A DNA stretch of 62,901 bases, counting the filler, from Rhabdomonas costata (lineage: Eukaryota), in assembly GCA_019059605.1 (NCBI GenBank). It is 19 parts of 19 records of this genome, joined end to end, with 100 filler letters (N's around TTAATTAATTAA, not from the genome) between each part and the next. Parts side by side here need not be neighbours in the genome. Positions count along the whole stretch, not along the records: positions 46,473 to 49,680 come from JAHMHO010001181.1; positions 49,781 to 52,987 come from JAHMHO010001182.1; positions 53,088 to 56,294 come from JAHMHO010001183.1; positions 56,395 to 59,596 come from JAHMHO010001184.1; positions 59,697 to 62,901 come from JAHMHO010001185.1; 14 more parts are not named here. One strand, given 5' to 3'. A model generated the notes under the pieces. It saw only the letters and a list, made by a program, of their open reading frames with translations. It was not told the origin of the DNA and did not search any database. Below are positions 47,076-59,719 of the stretch, piece by piece; positions within the stretch are counted from its first letter, which is position 1, and each line of letters begins with the position of its first letter. Position numbers and translations under genes: made by a program.

Positions 47076-47231
47076 TTTTTAAGCAGTGCTGGATGCGGTG
47101 GAGTAGTGGCTTCAGACCACTCAGCGGTGCAGACGCAGACAGCGGTCCTTCGCAGTCTCTAAGGATGGAACGGCGAGGTACCATCGGGGGCGCCCGTCCC
47201 CAATCCATTATTGGGAGATTACGGCTGTGCA

Positions 47232-47866
47232 GTTGCTCGCGGCCTGCGCGTGGGACCTTGAACACGACTTTGAGGCGCAGGCTGGAGCTGATGTGAAGGT
47301 GCTGCGGCAGCGAAAGAAAGGGTTGCCGATTGTAGTGTACCTCTCCGCTGCATATGTGGAGCTGGTTGCCCTGCGAATGAACACCACTGCGTGTAGCCAC
47401 CCTTCCTTTTCGTTGTGTTGCCTGGGGAGAAAAGTGATGCTGACTGGAGAGGACTGCGGCGGAGCTGAGCAGGCTGCTGCAACGATGCCCGTGGGATTTG
47501 ATCGGGAAGACAGGATTGCGCGGTGCCTGTAGCTGCGGCTCGACTGGACGAGCGAGGCCGCGGTGAAGGCCACCTTGGCGTATCGGACTCATGCCGATCG
47601 CCAGGGAGAGAGCGGCGACGAGAGAACCTGGCTGGAGTGGCAGGATCCACGTGAGCCTGCTCTGCTGCGTGTCTTCCGGCCTCCATTCGTCGTGTGCTTT
47701 TTCTGCGTCAGCGGGATTCCCGATTGGTACCTCGCCTTCGGGTGCGAACTGCTTCCGCAGGGGCCCCGATGGGGTGCCTACGGAAGAGATGCGGGTAGTG
47801 CTCCAGTCCAGCGGGCAGAGCTGTGTGGCAGCTGTGACGAGGCACTGTGCAAAGCTTCCGTTTTGA
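47232..47866 (+). CDS. Hypothetical protein, terminal exons (about 47232-47298, 47532-47650, 47761-47866)
   Basis: GT-AG bounded GC3-rich exons in consistent phase, ending in TGA. Confidence 0.5.
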
Positions 47867-48197
47867 GGTGGTGGACCGTGAGTAGGATTCGGTGAGGAGG
47901 TCGGGCGGTGTAAAGGGGTGACCTTATTTGTATAGTTCTTGTGAATGAACCGGGGACAGAAACCGACTGCGCCTGACGCTCTTCATTGTTGCTGTCATGT
48001 GCAGGTTTGTTTCGCAGGAAGAGTTTCTTGTCTTTTCGTGTTTCCAAGCAGGCAAGCGCGCGCAATCTCAGAAAAAATTTACTTAACAATAGTTTCAAGC
48101 CAGTTTTATAATTGCAATGGTAACGGTTACCCCCCCCCCAATTTTTTTTATTGGGCCCGTTATTTTCTTCCGTGGCGTTCCATAATAGGTCCCCCAG

Positions 48198-49680
48198 ATG
48201 TCCTCAGACAAGCAGCACGCTATGGTGACCGCGGTCGTCACGGTGGACGTTACCTTTGAGGACGTCCTGCCCACTTTGCTGACGTTCGCCAACGCCACCG
48301 TGTCCGAGGGGGGCGCCAGCGTGCCGATCCATGTCAACGTCTCCAACCTCCGAGAGGTAACTTTTGTGTTTTGTGTACCTTTCCTGGGTGCGTTTTTGAT
48401 GGCGGTCAATGTTTTAGACCTTCCCCATAACGCGCAGCCTTGATATCTCCCAGGCACCTATGCTCAAGCTGCGAAAGTGTCCAGCTCTGAGAAAATAGTC
48501 GGTTCTTATCTGACTTTTCACCAAACTGGGGCTTTCTCTACAAGCCGCATTCACGTTTCTCCACCAGTGCCTTGCCTGGAAGAAACCCAACGTAGTTAAA
48601 CCTGTGATTGAGCGAGCTACTGCTTTGCAGCTTTTTCAGAGCTATCCTGTTCAGCCAGAAGGGTTCCTGCGCTTTGTCTGTCTTTCCTCTCAGTACATGG
48701 TCACTCTGTCCCTGGGCAGCCTGCCCACAATGGGCACTCTGCTGCATAACGGCCAGCCCGTCACCACGCTGGCGCCCGGGCTGCGGCAGGCCCAGCTGTG
48801 GGTCTCCGAGATCGTCGACTTCGGGTCGCAGTACGACACCGGCTTTGACGACGAGTACCACGCCAGTCAGCTCATCGGCCCCCCGCACGCCGTCTCGTAT
48901 GGAGACCACCCTCAGAGCTGGTGCAGCTGGAATGGCTACGACTCCATGGATCCGCAGTACACCTACACGGACTTCATTGTGGTGAAGTACGCGGCCAAGG
49001 TGTACCCGCAGCAGCTCATGCTGATTGAGGTACCCAGCCCAGTCGTCTACGCCTATTCGTGGTCATTGTTTTGTGCGATAATCTCATACCTGCGGAATTC
49101 TGGGGCTGCGAGGGATTGCGGACGGCGGATTGCGGATTGCGGATTGCGCAACCCAAGGGTGTGGTAGTGTTTCCGCTCCTCGATTTTTCCTCACTCGCGT
49201 CGAGTGGAAGGAAAGGAGCCCGAAGCCGTTATGGGATGAACGGGTGCCTGTTGAATTCGGAAATTTGACGCTTTGAGCTTTGGCGCTGGACATTCATGGA
49301 CCTTTTGTTGTGTTTTTGGCCTGGAAAGCTGGAAATTGTAGGACTTACGAAGGCTCAGTAGCGTCTATCCGAGGTCCCTTCGCGGTCTCTCAGCGAGTCT
49401 TTTCTCGCCCACCTCCTCAGTAATGGGCCCCTAAACGCAAATGCTGTGTCACGACATAGATAATAGATTACCCGTTCTCACAGCACCCAGAATTAATGAA
49501 CGTGGGTGGCGGGGGCTGCAGAACGATGGTCCTCGGTCCCTGGTCCGAGTGCGGACCCCCGACCCTCGAACTTCTGGGGGCTGGCTGACCCTTTGGATGG
49601 GTACCGTGATCGCCCCAAACCCCAACGGCCCGATCCAGCGGGCCATCGAGCTCTGCGGTACTCCCTTTCCCGTGGACGTG
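48198..49680 (+). CDS. Extracellular-type protein: cadherin/Ig-like module plus pappalysin/FBXL4-type discoidin-like domain. Exons 48198-48356, 48694-49029, 49522-49680
   Basis: TAVVTVDVTFED.LP and SLPTMGTLLHNG (cadherin-like); WVSEIVDFGSQY, ASQLIGPP..YGD...W, DFIVVKY...VYP....IE and W.TLW (PAPP-A/FBXL4-type domain). Confidence 0.7.
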
Positions 49681-51328
49681 NNNNNNNNNNNNNNNNNNNN
49701 NNNNNNNNNNNNNNNNNNNNNNNNTTAATTAATTAANNNNNNNNNNNNNNNNNNNNNNNNNNNNNNNNNNNNNNNNNNNNGGGTGTTGGGCGGTACTACA
49801 AGTTTCACTGCCGACGAGTGTCAGCTGCTCTGCTTCGGCTTGGTCTTCCCGACGCTGCTTGGACAACCTCCCGTTGGTGATGTCCAAGGCCGCCCCTGAG
49901 CACGCTGATGCACCCTCCACCCTCCTTCCGCTTCTGTCGAAGGGTCACCCGGCACGGCTGCACGGAGTTGAGGGATTACGCTTTCCCAGCTGCCGCAGAG
50001 ACCACGCTTGATAAAACCGACAGGAGGCCAGCTAATGGTACCGATCTGCAAGAATCTAGCAATTTATTTTATTTGAAAATACCAGATTCTATTTTGCCAT
50101 TTTAGAACCAGCATGTAAAATCTATGAACCCAATATCCAAAACAACCGATTTTGGTAAAGGATCGCGCGAAAAACGTCCAGAGAAGAACCTTCCACTACA
50201 CTCCCCCGACTCGCAGAAACCCGCAGAAGCGGTCACGACACCTCGCACGGCGCGCATGCTCCCCCACAACTGAAATTCCCGAAGGCCTCTTGCCCCTCAT
50301 ATAAGAGGTGCAAAGAGAAGCCCGGTGGTTTGCTGCCCGGACGCCAGGGTCCCGGTCTGCCGGTGGTCAAAGCAGAGTTGCTGGATTCGCTAATGGGCTG
50401 ACTTAGAACACGACTTTCGGATCAACTTTTTACAAACGTTCTAAATAAAAAGTGAAAATGTCAAAAAGAAAGCGAAAGCATATTTGTTGGGCAACAAGTG
50501 TCCCACATGAAATTTTACAGCACTCGAAGAAAATGCATGTGGCGACATGTGCAGCAACAACGTACTGGTTAAACATTTTTGTTCTGAAAGTTTTCAAAAG
50601 AGAAGGCAACCAACAAGAAGGCTTAGGGTGAGGTGAGAGGTCAAACAAGGACCGGTCACGCAGCGTTTGGGTGGTACTGCTGCCCTGATGTAAAGACCCC
50701 GGGCGTGTTTCGGCTCTGCCCTCAGGTTTTGTGTTGTAATTTCACCGAACCAAAATTATATGACTACAGCAGACCGTTACAATACATGTTCACAAATCTG
50801 AATTGCTGCACAGGTCTCTGCGACTCCACACTTCTTCCTCCGGAGGCTGGGGCCTTGATTCAATTGTCCGATTACCGATTTTCGACTGTCATAGGTAAAT
50901 CGAAAAGGCAAATCGAATGGTGAAAACAAATGCCAACCACCAAACCTACGCATACATGTCAGAAGCTGCATGCGACTGAAACGTTCAACGTGAAACTGCA
51001 GTGTCTCGTTGTACCCGTGTTTTGGACAATGTTGGGTAAGGTGCGGGTTTTGAACGTTGCGAGATCGTTGAAGACGACGACACGACATGCCATTATTCAG
51101 CAACAACAGCCACCTGGGCGTGGAATGTCTACCCTATGTGACGTTTGAAACCCACAACAGGCCAAAATTCCAAATGGGAGTGAGTGATGAGTGATGATGA
51201 ACAAGAAACGGCTCAAAAAACTCATCAACGCAATCATCAAAAAAGCAACAAAGGATCCTTCCTCCTGGGGCTTCCACAATTGTAAAAGAAAGTGAAGCTG
51301 GATTTCCTGGGAAGGAACGATGGCTAGG

Positions 51329-52636
51329 CTACTCTGCTCGGTGAACCACTTTGGCGAGCGTTCCGCGAAGGACTCCATAGCGCGAGGGTTCCGCGAGGAA
51401 CTGGTCGGAAAAGATTCTTTTCTCAGAAAACCATACAAACAGGAACTCAGCGTTTTTAGTCAAAACCGCTCGACATCAGAAAAGAAATACCACAACAAAA
51501 AAAGAGCAGTCTGAAACAGGCATGTTTTGCAATGAGGTTCACAGCGTGTGGAAAACAGGTCAGACACCTCTTCATTTTAGTACGACTGTGCGCAGACCTT
51601 AGCCAGAGGGTGAAGCGGATCACAGCACTGTAATGATTCCAAAAGCAAAGAAAGACAGACCGAAGTCAACAGTAAAACTTACAGATGGTAAGCTGACTGA
51701 AGAGGTTGATTTCCCTTTTGTTTTCCGGAGGGGTTTGCTTAACCCCTCATTGCTTTTTGTATATTTTATGGTGTGGAATAAAGGAGACAGAAAAGCTAAG
51801 TTATATATGGGGGAAAACCGCAGAGTTTAAGAAACCAATTCACAAACGATGAGATGGGCATCAAGGTCGGTCGCTGGCCCCAGAAGCATCACCATGGCCA
51901 TCATGGCATCCCGCCGAGGTGGGAAGGACACGCTGCAGTGCCCCTCGCGCTGGCCAAACCCAGCGTCCGCTGTCAGGAGGTTCCACTGCAGCCCGTCCAC
52001 GGTGAACCAAACGTCCTCCAGGGGGCCGCTGGCGCCACGTCCCCCGAGCACCAGCAGGCGGTCGTCCAGGACAACGGAGGTGTGGTGGTACCGCGGAGGG
52101 AAGGCTGCGCCGGGGGTTGAGGTCCACCTCAGCGCGGCAGAGGAAGTGTACCAGGTCTGGTTGGAGGGGCCTGCGCCTGTTAGACCGCCGGTGGTCCACA
52201 GGAGGTTCAGGAAGACAGTGGTGGAGTGGCTGCGCCGGGCCGCAACTCCGGATGTCAAGCTGACCAGGGTGAAGTTCAGAGGGGCTTTGCAAAGCAACCC
52301 CGAGAACCCGAAACGCACCGCTTCGTCAGGCAGCAGGAATGAGAAAGGAGGTGTGAACGCTAAACTTACACCAGGAAAATGCGGGAGTCGGCAAGTAGGA
52401 TTCACTGGCTTCAAATCGAAAAGCAGTACCCCAAATTGGAAACTACCAACAAGGTCCACGTATTCAATGGGGACTAACACGACACTCAGCGTCGTACAGG
52501 GCACGGGTACGGCGATGTGGGCCAGAAGGGCGCCTTTATCACGTGTTCCGCCCTCGCACACAGTGCCTGTCAGAATGAGCGGAACGACACAAAGGAATTT
52601 TGCATGCGCACCCCATTCACAGCACTCAGCGTGCAT
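51329..52636 (-). CDS. Kelch/Asp-box beta-propeller protein, C-terminal part. Long exon to about 51836; probable last exon 51400-51329
   Basis: R.SH...F...LW..GG, PPRYHHTSVVLDDRLLVLGG and DVWFTVDGLQW repeats. The upstream LPDEAVRFGFSG weakly recalls an L-lectin C-terminus. Confidence 0.8.
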
Positions 52637-53462
52637 GGGTTGGCCGCGCAGATCAAAGACGGGTTCGCAACGCGCTGTCCACTAAGACACTGCACAGTGC
52701 CAGCTGCGCAACGCGGCACTGCAAGAAAGCGGAGCACCGCCAGAGAACCGCGCGAGAATAGCATTCCAGCGAACGAAGGAATACGCAGAAGAAGCTTAAA
52801 GTAAAAACAGTGCAAGAGGTCCTAGAGGTGCTAGAGATCCATCCTGCAGGCCCCAAATCAGCGCGCATGTATGCGAGGGACATCTTTTCCGTTTCCATTG
52901 TTTCACCCAGATCCACCTTGATCCATTCATCCCCTCTCCCTATAAAATAGCAGAAATGCCGGTGACAGGACACGAGAAAGCCCAACTNNNNNNNNNNNNN
53001 NNNNNNNNNNNNNNNNNNNNNNNNNNNNNNNTTAATTAATTAANNNNNNNNNNNNNNNNNNNNNNNNNNNNNNNNNNNNNNNNNNNNGGGTACCGCAGTT
53101 GATGGCTGAGACAGGGGTGGGGGTAGGGGTCGCTCAATGGGAGAACCCGCAGAAAAGGCCTTTCAAAAACCATGTGGCACTCGCGTGGCACGCAAGAAAA
53201 GGACAAGATTACTTGGAGGTGAGGTAGGGGTGTGCAGCTGTTACAACGAGAACCCCGCGTTGGTTTGGGCAGGCAACCTTTCGTCCTTTCCTATTGGAAA
53301 AACCCCCTACTACGAGGCCATTGGAAACTTCAGAAAATGCTGCACACGACGGCTGGCGGACAACCCTGTCCGATTCAAAGGTACGGGGATGCAGAGCTGT
53401 AGAACAGCGCCCAAGCGCGCGAGCACACTCACGCAGAGGCAGCGGTGCAACAGAAGATGGGG

Positions 53463-53838
53463 GGGGGGTGACGGTTACCACCTGTAACGATTACCCATGG
53501 TAACAATTTTTACTCTGGGAGCATCTTTCAAAAAAGTTACTTAATGCCCAACAACAACTGGCCTCCGCGGCACGCCGCTGGTCTTCGCCATAAAACAATG
53601 CTGCCCTCCTCGTCCGTCCATACGCCAGCCATTGGCGAGCCCCTACCAGTAATGTTTTCACCTTTTAGTCAACAATGGAGTACTAACAAAGTTCACCTAA
53701 TCCCTGACACAAAAATTAAGTCATTCCGAGAGTGTTGGCACCGTACTGACGGTTTTGAAAAAGTTTAACCTAGCAAAAAAAATTTAACCACTGATAACTG
53801 GTACCCGCAAAAGTTACCAATGGTAACCGTCACCCCCC
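53463..53838. mobile_element. MITE of about 376 nt with perfect 18-bp terminal inverted repeats
   Basis: ggggggtgacggttacca at the left end and tggtaaccgtcacccccc at the right end, with subterminal GTTACCAATGGTAAC palindrome. Related sequence occurs on other contigs. Confidence 0.8.
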
Positions 53839-53917
53839 TACGCAACTTCCATGGGCCCCAATACGATACCCGAGTGGGCGGCATATGCGATGGGAAGAAG
53901 AAAAAACAGCGGCAGGG

Positions 53918-56200
53918 TCACATGCCAGGAACTGTGGGCGAGCCGAAGCCGGTGGTGAGGGAAGGGCCAGCAGGGACCTGAATGAAAAGAATAAGAGGGA
54001 GGAGGAAGACCAGCCACACTATCACGAAAGGGAATAGGCTCCTACCATACGAGAAAGGTGCACGACCAACCTGACCCAACCATTTTACACTTCTGTCATG
54101 CATCAAAACACCACACACACATCCATGCACTGAGTTGGGTATGAAGGGTAAACACTGGATACGGATATTTGGCTCGGGACTGTCAGGCACCGAAATGGGC
54201 TCGAATCTATTTTCACAGTGAAGGCAACACTGGCCCCCACCCCAACCACGACCCCTCTGAAACATGGGCACCAGTAGGTGTCTGATTGGGAACGAATGCT
54301 GCCTCGGCGCGTACAAATGATCCTTGGCGAAACTTGTTATGACAACTGGAAAAGGTCACCTAGATACACACCCACACCCCATCGCAGCAGAACCCCCATC
54401 CCTCTGACTGCGGACCTGCAAAACCTGCTGCAGAACCTCACACAAGGCTGCCAAGGTGGACACAGGTTCGTGTGGAAGCCCCTGTGCAGGAGCCTGCGGG
54501 GTCTCCGCCAGCACCCGCCGCAGCACTGCCCATAGCTACAACAAAAATGAAGGGGAAACGATCTGGCGATCGGGAACCCGTCGATCCCTGTCATCGGAAA
54601 GTACACACATTCTCACTTCCACTGATCATTCCTCGTTCCTCACATCGGGCCCTCAAAATGTCTTGTCCCGGCGGGCAGTGGGGACATCAGTACGCGAGTG
54701 GAACTGATTGTCAGTGGCAGTCACAAGGAGCCGTTATTCATTCGGTTTGCATGAGCACGTGTACATGACATGCTGAAATGGGGAATGTTATCACATCCCA
54801 AACCAGCTTTTGTGGTTATTCAGCTTTCTTTTGCTTCGCGTCACCCTTTCGTACCGTGGACGGGGGTACGAAGCCCAGGATGTGCCTCAGCGCGGGTGAA
54901 GGGGACCCCACGGCGGGTGGGGGCGAGGCCGCCGTTGCCGCGGCTGCTGCGAACAGCCCGGAGGCCGCCGAGCAGCACGGCATTTGCTTTGGAGATGCCT
55001 GACGTGTAAGCAAGTAAGCAAGTAAGCACACTGCGCTCAAGAGAACAGCTACCTCAATAAACACCGAGACAATTTGGGTCAGAGTATCGGTACAAAGTGC
55101 TGACCTTGCCCGAAGGAAACAGCAAAGAAGCTCACAGCAATCACGCTTCCTTCAGGAGTGATGCCTCTCATGCAGCGATAACCCAGGAAGTCCATCTTCA
55201 CGAAGGACCTGGCACGCATGATGTAAGCCACATGCCTTTACTACCGGCCACATGTGCAACATGTGACTGCAACCATTCGCGGAGACCGAAGCACCGGCAG
55301 GCTGGAAGGAGGGCCTGCCATAGCTAATTTGCCATCTTCCTCTTTGACTAACAGATTTGGAGGCAGGGGGGCGTGACAAAATACTCAGCAACTCAGCAAT
55401 ACAGCGTCATGGACCTGGAGGGGGTGGTGCGGCAATCCCGGGGAGGCCGCTGAGGAGCCCTGCAGCTGCGAAGAGGGCTGTGAGAGCAGTGACGCAGACC
55501 CCCCCGGCGGCAGCATGGGCCGCAGAGCGTGGCGCAGCGCCGGCCACAGCACATCCGGGAGCACGGCGTGCCGCATGGAGTGTTGGTTGGCACTGCCACA
55601 CAAAGAAGAGCGCAGATGCTACAGCTGCCGTACTGAAGGGGGTTGCTCGGCTGCCATTTCTGAGGTATTATTCCAGCAACACAAGCAAGGACGGCAACGA
55701 TCTCAAGAAGGATAGTAGTGACATCACGCACGGCACGGAGGTTCGGTCTCACCATTTTGCAATGCCTCACAATAGATACCAAGGGGAACCCCAGCGATAA
55801 ATTGCTGCCTCCAGTTCAAGAAACCTGGGCACAGAATAAACCCCCCACAGTCAGCGGATCCCCTCAGGGGCAGGTGGCATCCCTCTTTACGGGATAATTG
55901 AGACAACAAAAACACAGCGAGTGCTGCAACAGCAGCCGGCATCGGGAGAATTGCGATCGGTGCCCATCTCTTTGCACACACGCGCGGTATCGCATAAGGA
56001 CACACACAGGTATCCCATAAGGACACACACGCGCGCTCGCGCAGAGAGATAGGAGCAGGCAAACCCGGTCATTAAGCTCTTCAGAGCTGCCAGGGGGTCA
56101 AAGGAGAGTGAGTGCGGGTCCTTCTCCAGGGTCTCTCGCACCGCCTTGGACACGAAATGGGCCCCGTACATTGCAAAGTAGTCCTCGTCCCAGGCATCTC
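53918..56200 (-). CDS. Hypothetical protein, last five exons (about 56200-56066, 55592-55414, 54998-54856, 54535-54414, 53977-53918)
   Basis: Phase-consistent GT-AG exons ending ...PTVPGM-TGA. No family recognised. Confidence 0.55.
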
Positions 56201-56394
56201 CTGAGAAAGACGAGCCCCAAGCATGAAAACGGCAATCAACCCCCCCCCCTTGACATCCGAACAGCCGCCGTTCTATTTTGTTCTACAACAAAACNNNNNN
56301 NNNNNNNNNNNNNNNNNNNNNNNNNNNNNNNNNNNNNNTTAATTAATTAANNNNNNNNNNNNNNNNNNNNNNNNNNNNNNNNNNNNNNNNNNNN

Positions 56395-59300
56395 GTTTTG
56401 TTGTCGCTGCGGAGTCTGTGGAAGCGATAATCAAGATTGCCGAGCCGCAGGCAGTGTTCCCGACAGGGTTGGAGAGACCCTTCCCTATTGGGCAGCCCGA
56501 GGCTTGGACAGCTATGGAGAATCATATCAATGAGCGCTCGCAGTACCAGCTCGATTTCTCTGTCGCTTCGCTGCATATTCACCTTCATTACCGCCAGCAA
56601 AAATTTCTGCATTGGATGGTGTCTTCCTTCAGCACGGATTTGGGAAGACTTCCCTCCTCAAAGCCAGTTCAGAGCGCTTCAGCTGGGCCTGGTTCCGGGT
56701 CGGGCTCATGTTGACGCGTTCGATTTGGACGTCACAGCGCCCTTTTCGACTGTGCTGCACTCGGATGAGGAAGCTGTCTCAGGTTCCCTCGTGGTAGACG
56801 GGCGTCTGAAAACAGATCTGGAATCTCCCGACGTTCTGCTCCAGACTGCATTATCAGATTATGATTTTGCCGGATTTGAGCCCGAACCTGTGCACTCCTC
56901 GGAACAGCCTCAGGGATCGAGATTAGAGCATTGCTACAACCTAACCTTTTCCATTGTTGAGGTTTTCTTCTGCAGCCTTAGCAGAGCTGCTGCCGGTGAA
57001 AGCTCTTATCTCACCTCTACCGCCGCTGGCTTCCTTTTGACTGAGGATCTGGGATCTTCTTCAGTGAGCATTTTGCGCAGCAAAGTCAGCACTGTTTCAC
57101 GTCCTCTGAGACTCAGTGTGACTCCTCCAGCGGCTGGAAATGCGCCGAGTAAGGTTTTTTCGGTTGATGTTCGCTTTGCGGTGTGGTTCTGCATCATTTT
57201 TTATCAGCTCCTAGGGACATTGGGTCTCTCGGCTTGCTGCGGTTTTTCAGGGCGAATCTGCACCTTCGCCTTCAGGTATCGGGGACAGTCTACCGGTGGA
57301 GCTTGCCAGCGAGCACTCCTCGGAAGGCGAGTCCTCCTCAGGGGAATCTGCAGTGCCGGTAGTGCCGGTGCAGCTTAGTTTCGAAGTTCAAGTTTCCGTT
57401 TTGTGTGGATTAAAAGATGCAGACCACCCTGCAGAGGTTGTTGCATCGCTTGGTACGGTCAGCGTCACCTCTGCGAAGCTCTTGGAAGTTGGTCCGTGCG
57501 GTTGTAAACCGCGAGTGGGCTTGACCTGCGACCTGAAACACATTGAGCTTTTGATTAGGGTCGACCCCAAAAGCCTGTTCCGCAGAAGCATTTCTGCTCC
57601 TAAAAACGAATGGGAGAATGCTCTGTTGAAGAAGCAGGGCAGCGGTTGTGGATTTGCAGGGATCCTTCAAGCAGAGCTCGGATTTGTCAGGTTTGCCACC
57701 ACAGAGTGCCTCACAGTTGAGGTGTTGTATTCTCCCGGCTGCATTCCCAGGTGTGACATAGTGCCCCCTTAACTTGGAAACGCAGCGGCATATTTCGAAA
57801 GGAGCACCATTCCGAGCAGCAGCAGCGGCGGCGGCGGCGGCGGTGGCGGCGTTGCCCAAGGTTGCTCTCCACAAATGCCTGAAGTCTACACGCGGCTCTC
57901 CAGTTGCGTCGTTGAGGTGGAAGTTTTCCCCGAATCCTTCCAGCATATTCTGCAGTTGGCACAGCGGTGCTCTTCTCAGGTCGTAGCTGCCTTTCAGGTT
58001 GTGCATCAGCGGCAGGAAGCGGTGTACCAATCTCTGGCCGAAGGAAGACGGGAAGAACAGTTACGGCTGATTACCCAGGCTCTTCCAATCCGCTTGGTCC
58101 ATGCCACAAGTCTCCAACGTGCTGAAAGCGTGGATTCTTTTGATGCTGTCCCGGAAGCCCGCGATTACTTTCCCGATAATGAGCACATGGTGGATTACTC
58201 ACCTGTGATTCTCAGTCACCACACCACGATCCCTTCTGCTTCCGGTGTTTGTATTGCAGGTCGGGACGTTGTCCCTGAGTCGCCAGCTTCCTCTTCCTCT
58301 TCTATGGAATGTGAAACATTTGACCGTGACCTTCACCAATGGTGCTGTACCTGGTCATAAGGAGCGTTTGGCTGATTCCATTGACCCAAGCATTGCGTCA
58401 GGCCCTCACTTGCTTCCTCTGGGGACGCCCATTCTTTCTTCCGTAGCTGACGAAGATCGAGGAGGTTCATCACCTGAAAGCTTTGCCGCTACTCCTGAGG
58501 GTCCAAAAGCAGTTTTGCATCCGGCTTTGATAGCACGTGAATCAAAAGAAATTTTTTTCGTTTTTCAGAGGGCTCCTGAGATTGTTCAGCACAGTGATTT
58601 GTATCGTCCTTACACGACGTTTGCCACATCTCCGGTTTCTTTTGCTCTTCGACTTCATGCTGGTAAAGGACCTGCTGGCTGCTCAGAGCGTCCACAGGAA
58701 GGCCCTTCGCGTTTGGGTGAGCCAGAGATCGACCGCGTTGTTGACGTTCATCTGCATGGTTTGGAGGTTCGCTTTGACTCTTCCTCAGATGACCAATCCC
58801 CGTATGTTTGGTGGGTCCAATGCATTCTTCGTGACCTGCAGCTAAATGGCAGGAGCACCCATGCCGCAATGTTGGACCGACTTCCCGGTTTCCAAAGCAG
58901 CGGGCACCCATCTTTGATTTGCTTTCGATGCGATGAGGTCCGTCAGGATGAGCGCCACTGTACTCGGGTAGAGCATCGCATTGACCTCGACATCCAGCAT
59001 GTGAAGCTTCATGTGGATCAGGAGACCTTGGAGCTTTTGTCAAGCTTTGCAGGAGACGATAAAGGGTCCTCCCAACAGCCGGTCGGTGTTCCTGTGCTGG
59101 AGGTTCATCCGCACGATACCAGGTTTTACATTCAACGGTTCACCATTTCGGCCATTCGCTTGAGCTTCTCAAGCGAAATGAAGCAGCTCGATTTGACTAA
59201 GCTCGCACAGGGGAACTACTTCCAGCTTATGAATCTGGCATCAATAAACGCAACGCTTTCTCTGCGCAGTGCAGAAGTGACAGGTGCCGGAGGTTTCCAG

Positions 59301-59405
59301 CAATTGATGAGTCGCCTTCTGGACATTTGGAGGGACACCCCTCTCTTGTCGATTCTGCGGATGATCCGGTTGGAGGACTCGGTGATGATTTTGGAGGACC
59401 CTAAA
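56395..59405 (+). CDS. ATG2: ATG2-like autophagy lipid-transfer protein (VPS13/ATG2 superfamily), internal fragment with long exons and short introns
   Basis: VKLHVDQETLELLSSF and FYIQRFTISAIRLSF...LDLTKLAQGNYFQLMNL...LSLRSAEVTG..GF..L...LLDIW match the ATG2 C-terminal region. Frame changes fit introns such as 57181-57250 and 58190-58259. Confidence 0.8.
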
Positions 59406-59719
59406 GTATGCATTGGTGCTGTTTTTCACCATACATACACACACACACCGCAGTGCGCCCAACACACACCCGCTCTCTCTCTTTTGCTGCCCGTTCATCC
59501 GAAAAGCACAAAGGTTTGTTTCGGCGAGAGAAGCCCCAGTCCCCCCTCAAAGAAAAACTAACGCAGAGCCTCAGGGACCCGAGCAGCAATGGAGCANNNN
59601 NNNNNNNNNNNNNNNNNNNNNNNNNNNNNNNNNNNNNNNNTTAATTAATTAANNNNNNNNNNNNNNNNNNNNNNNNNNNNNNNNNNNNNNNNNNNNGGTG
59701 GTTGGTTCTGTGCACTCAG

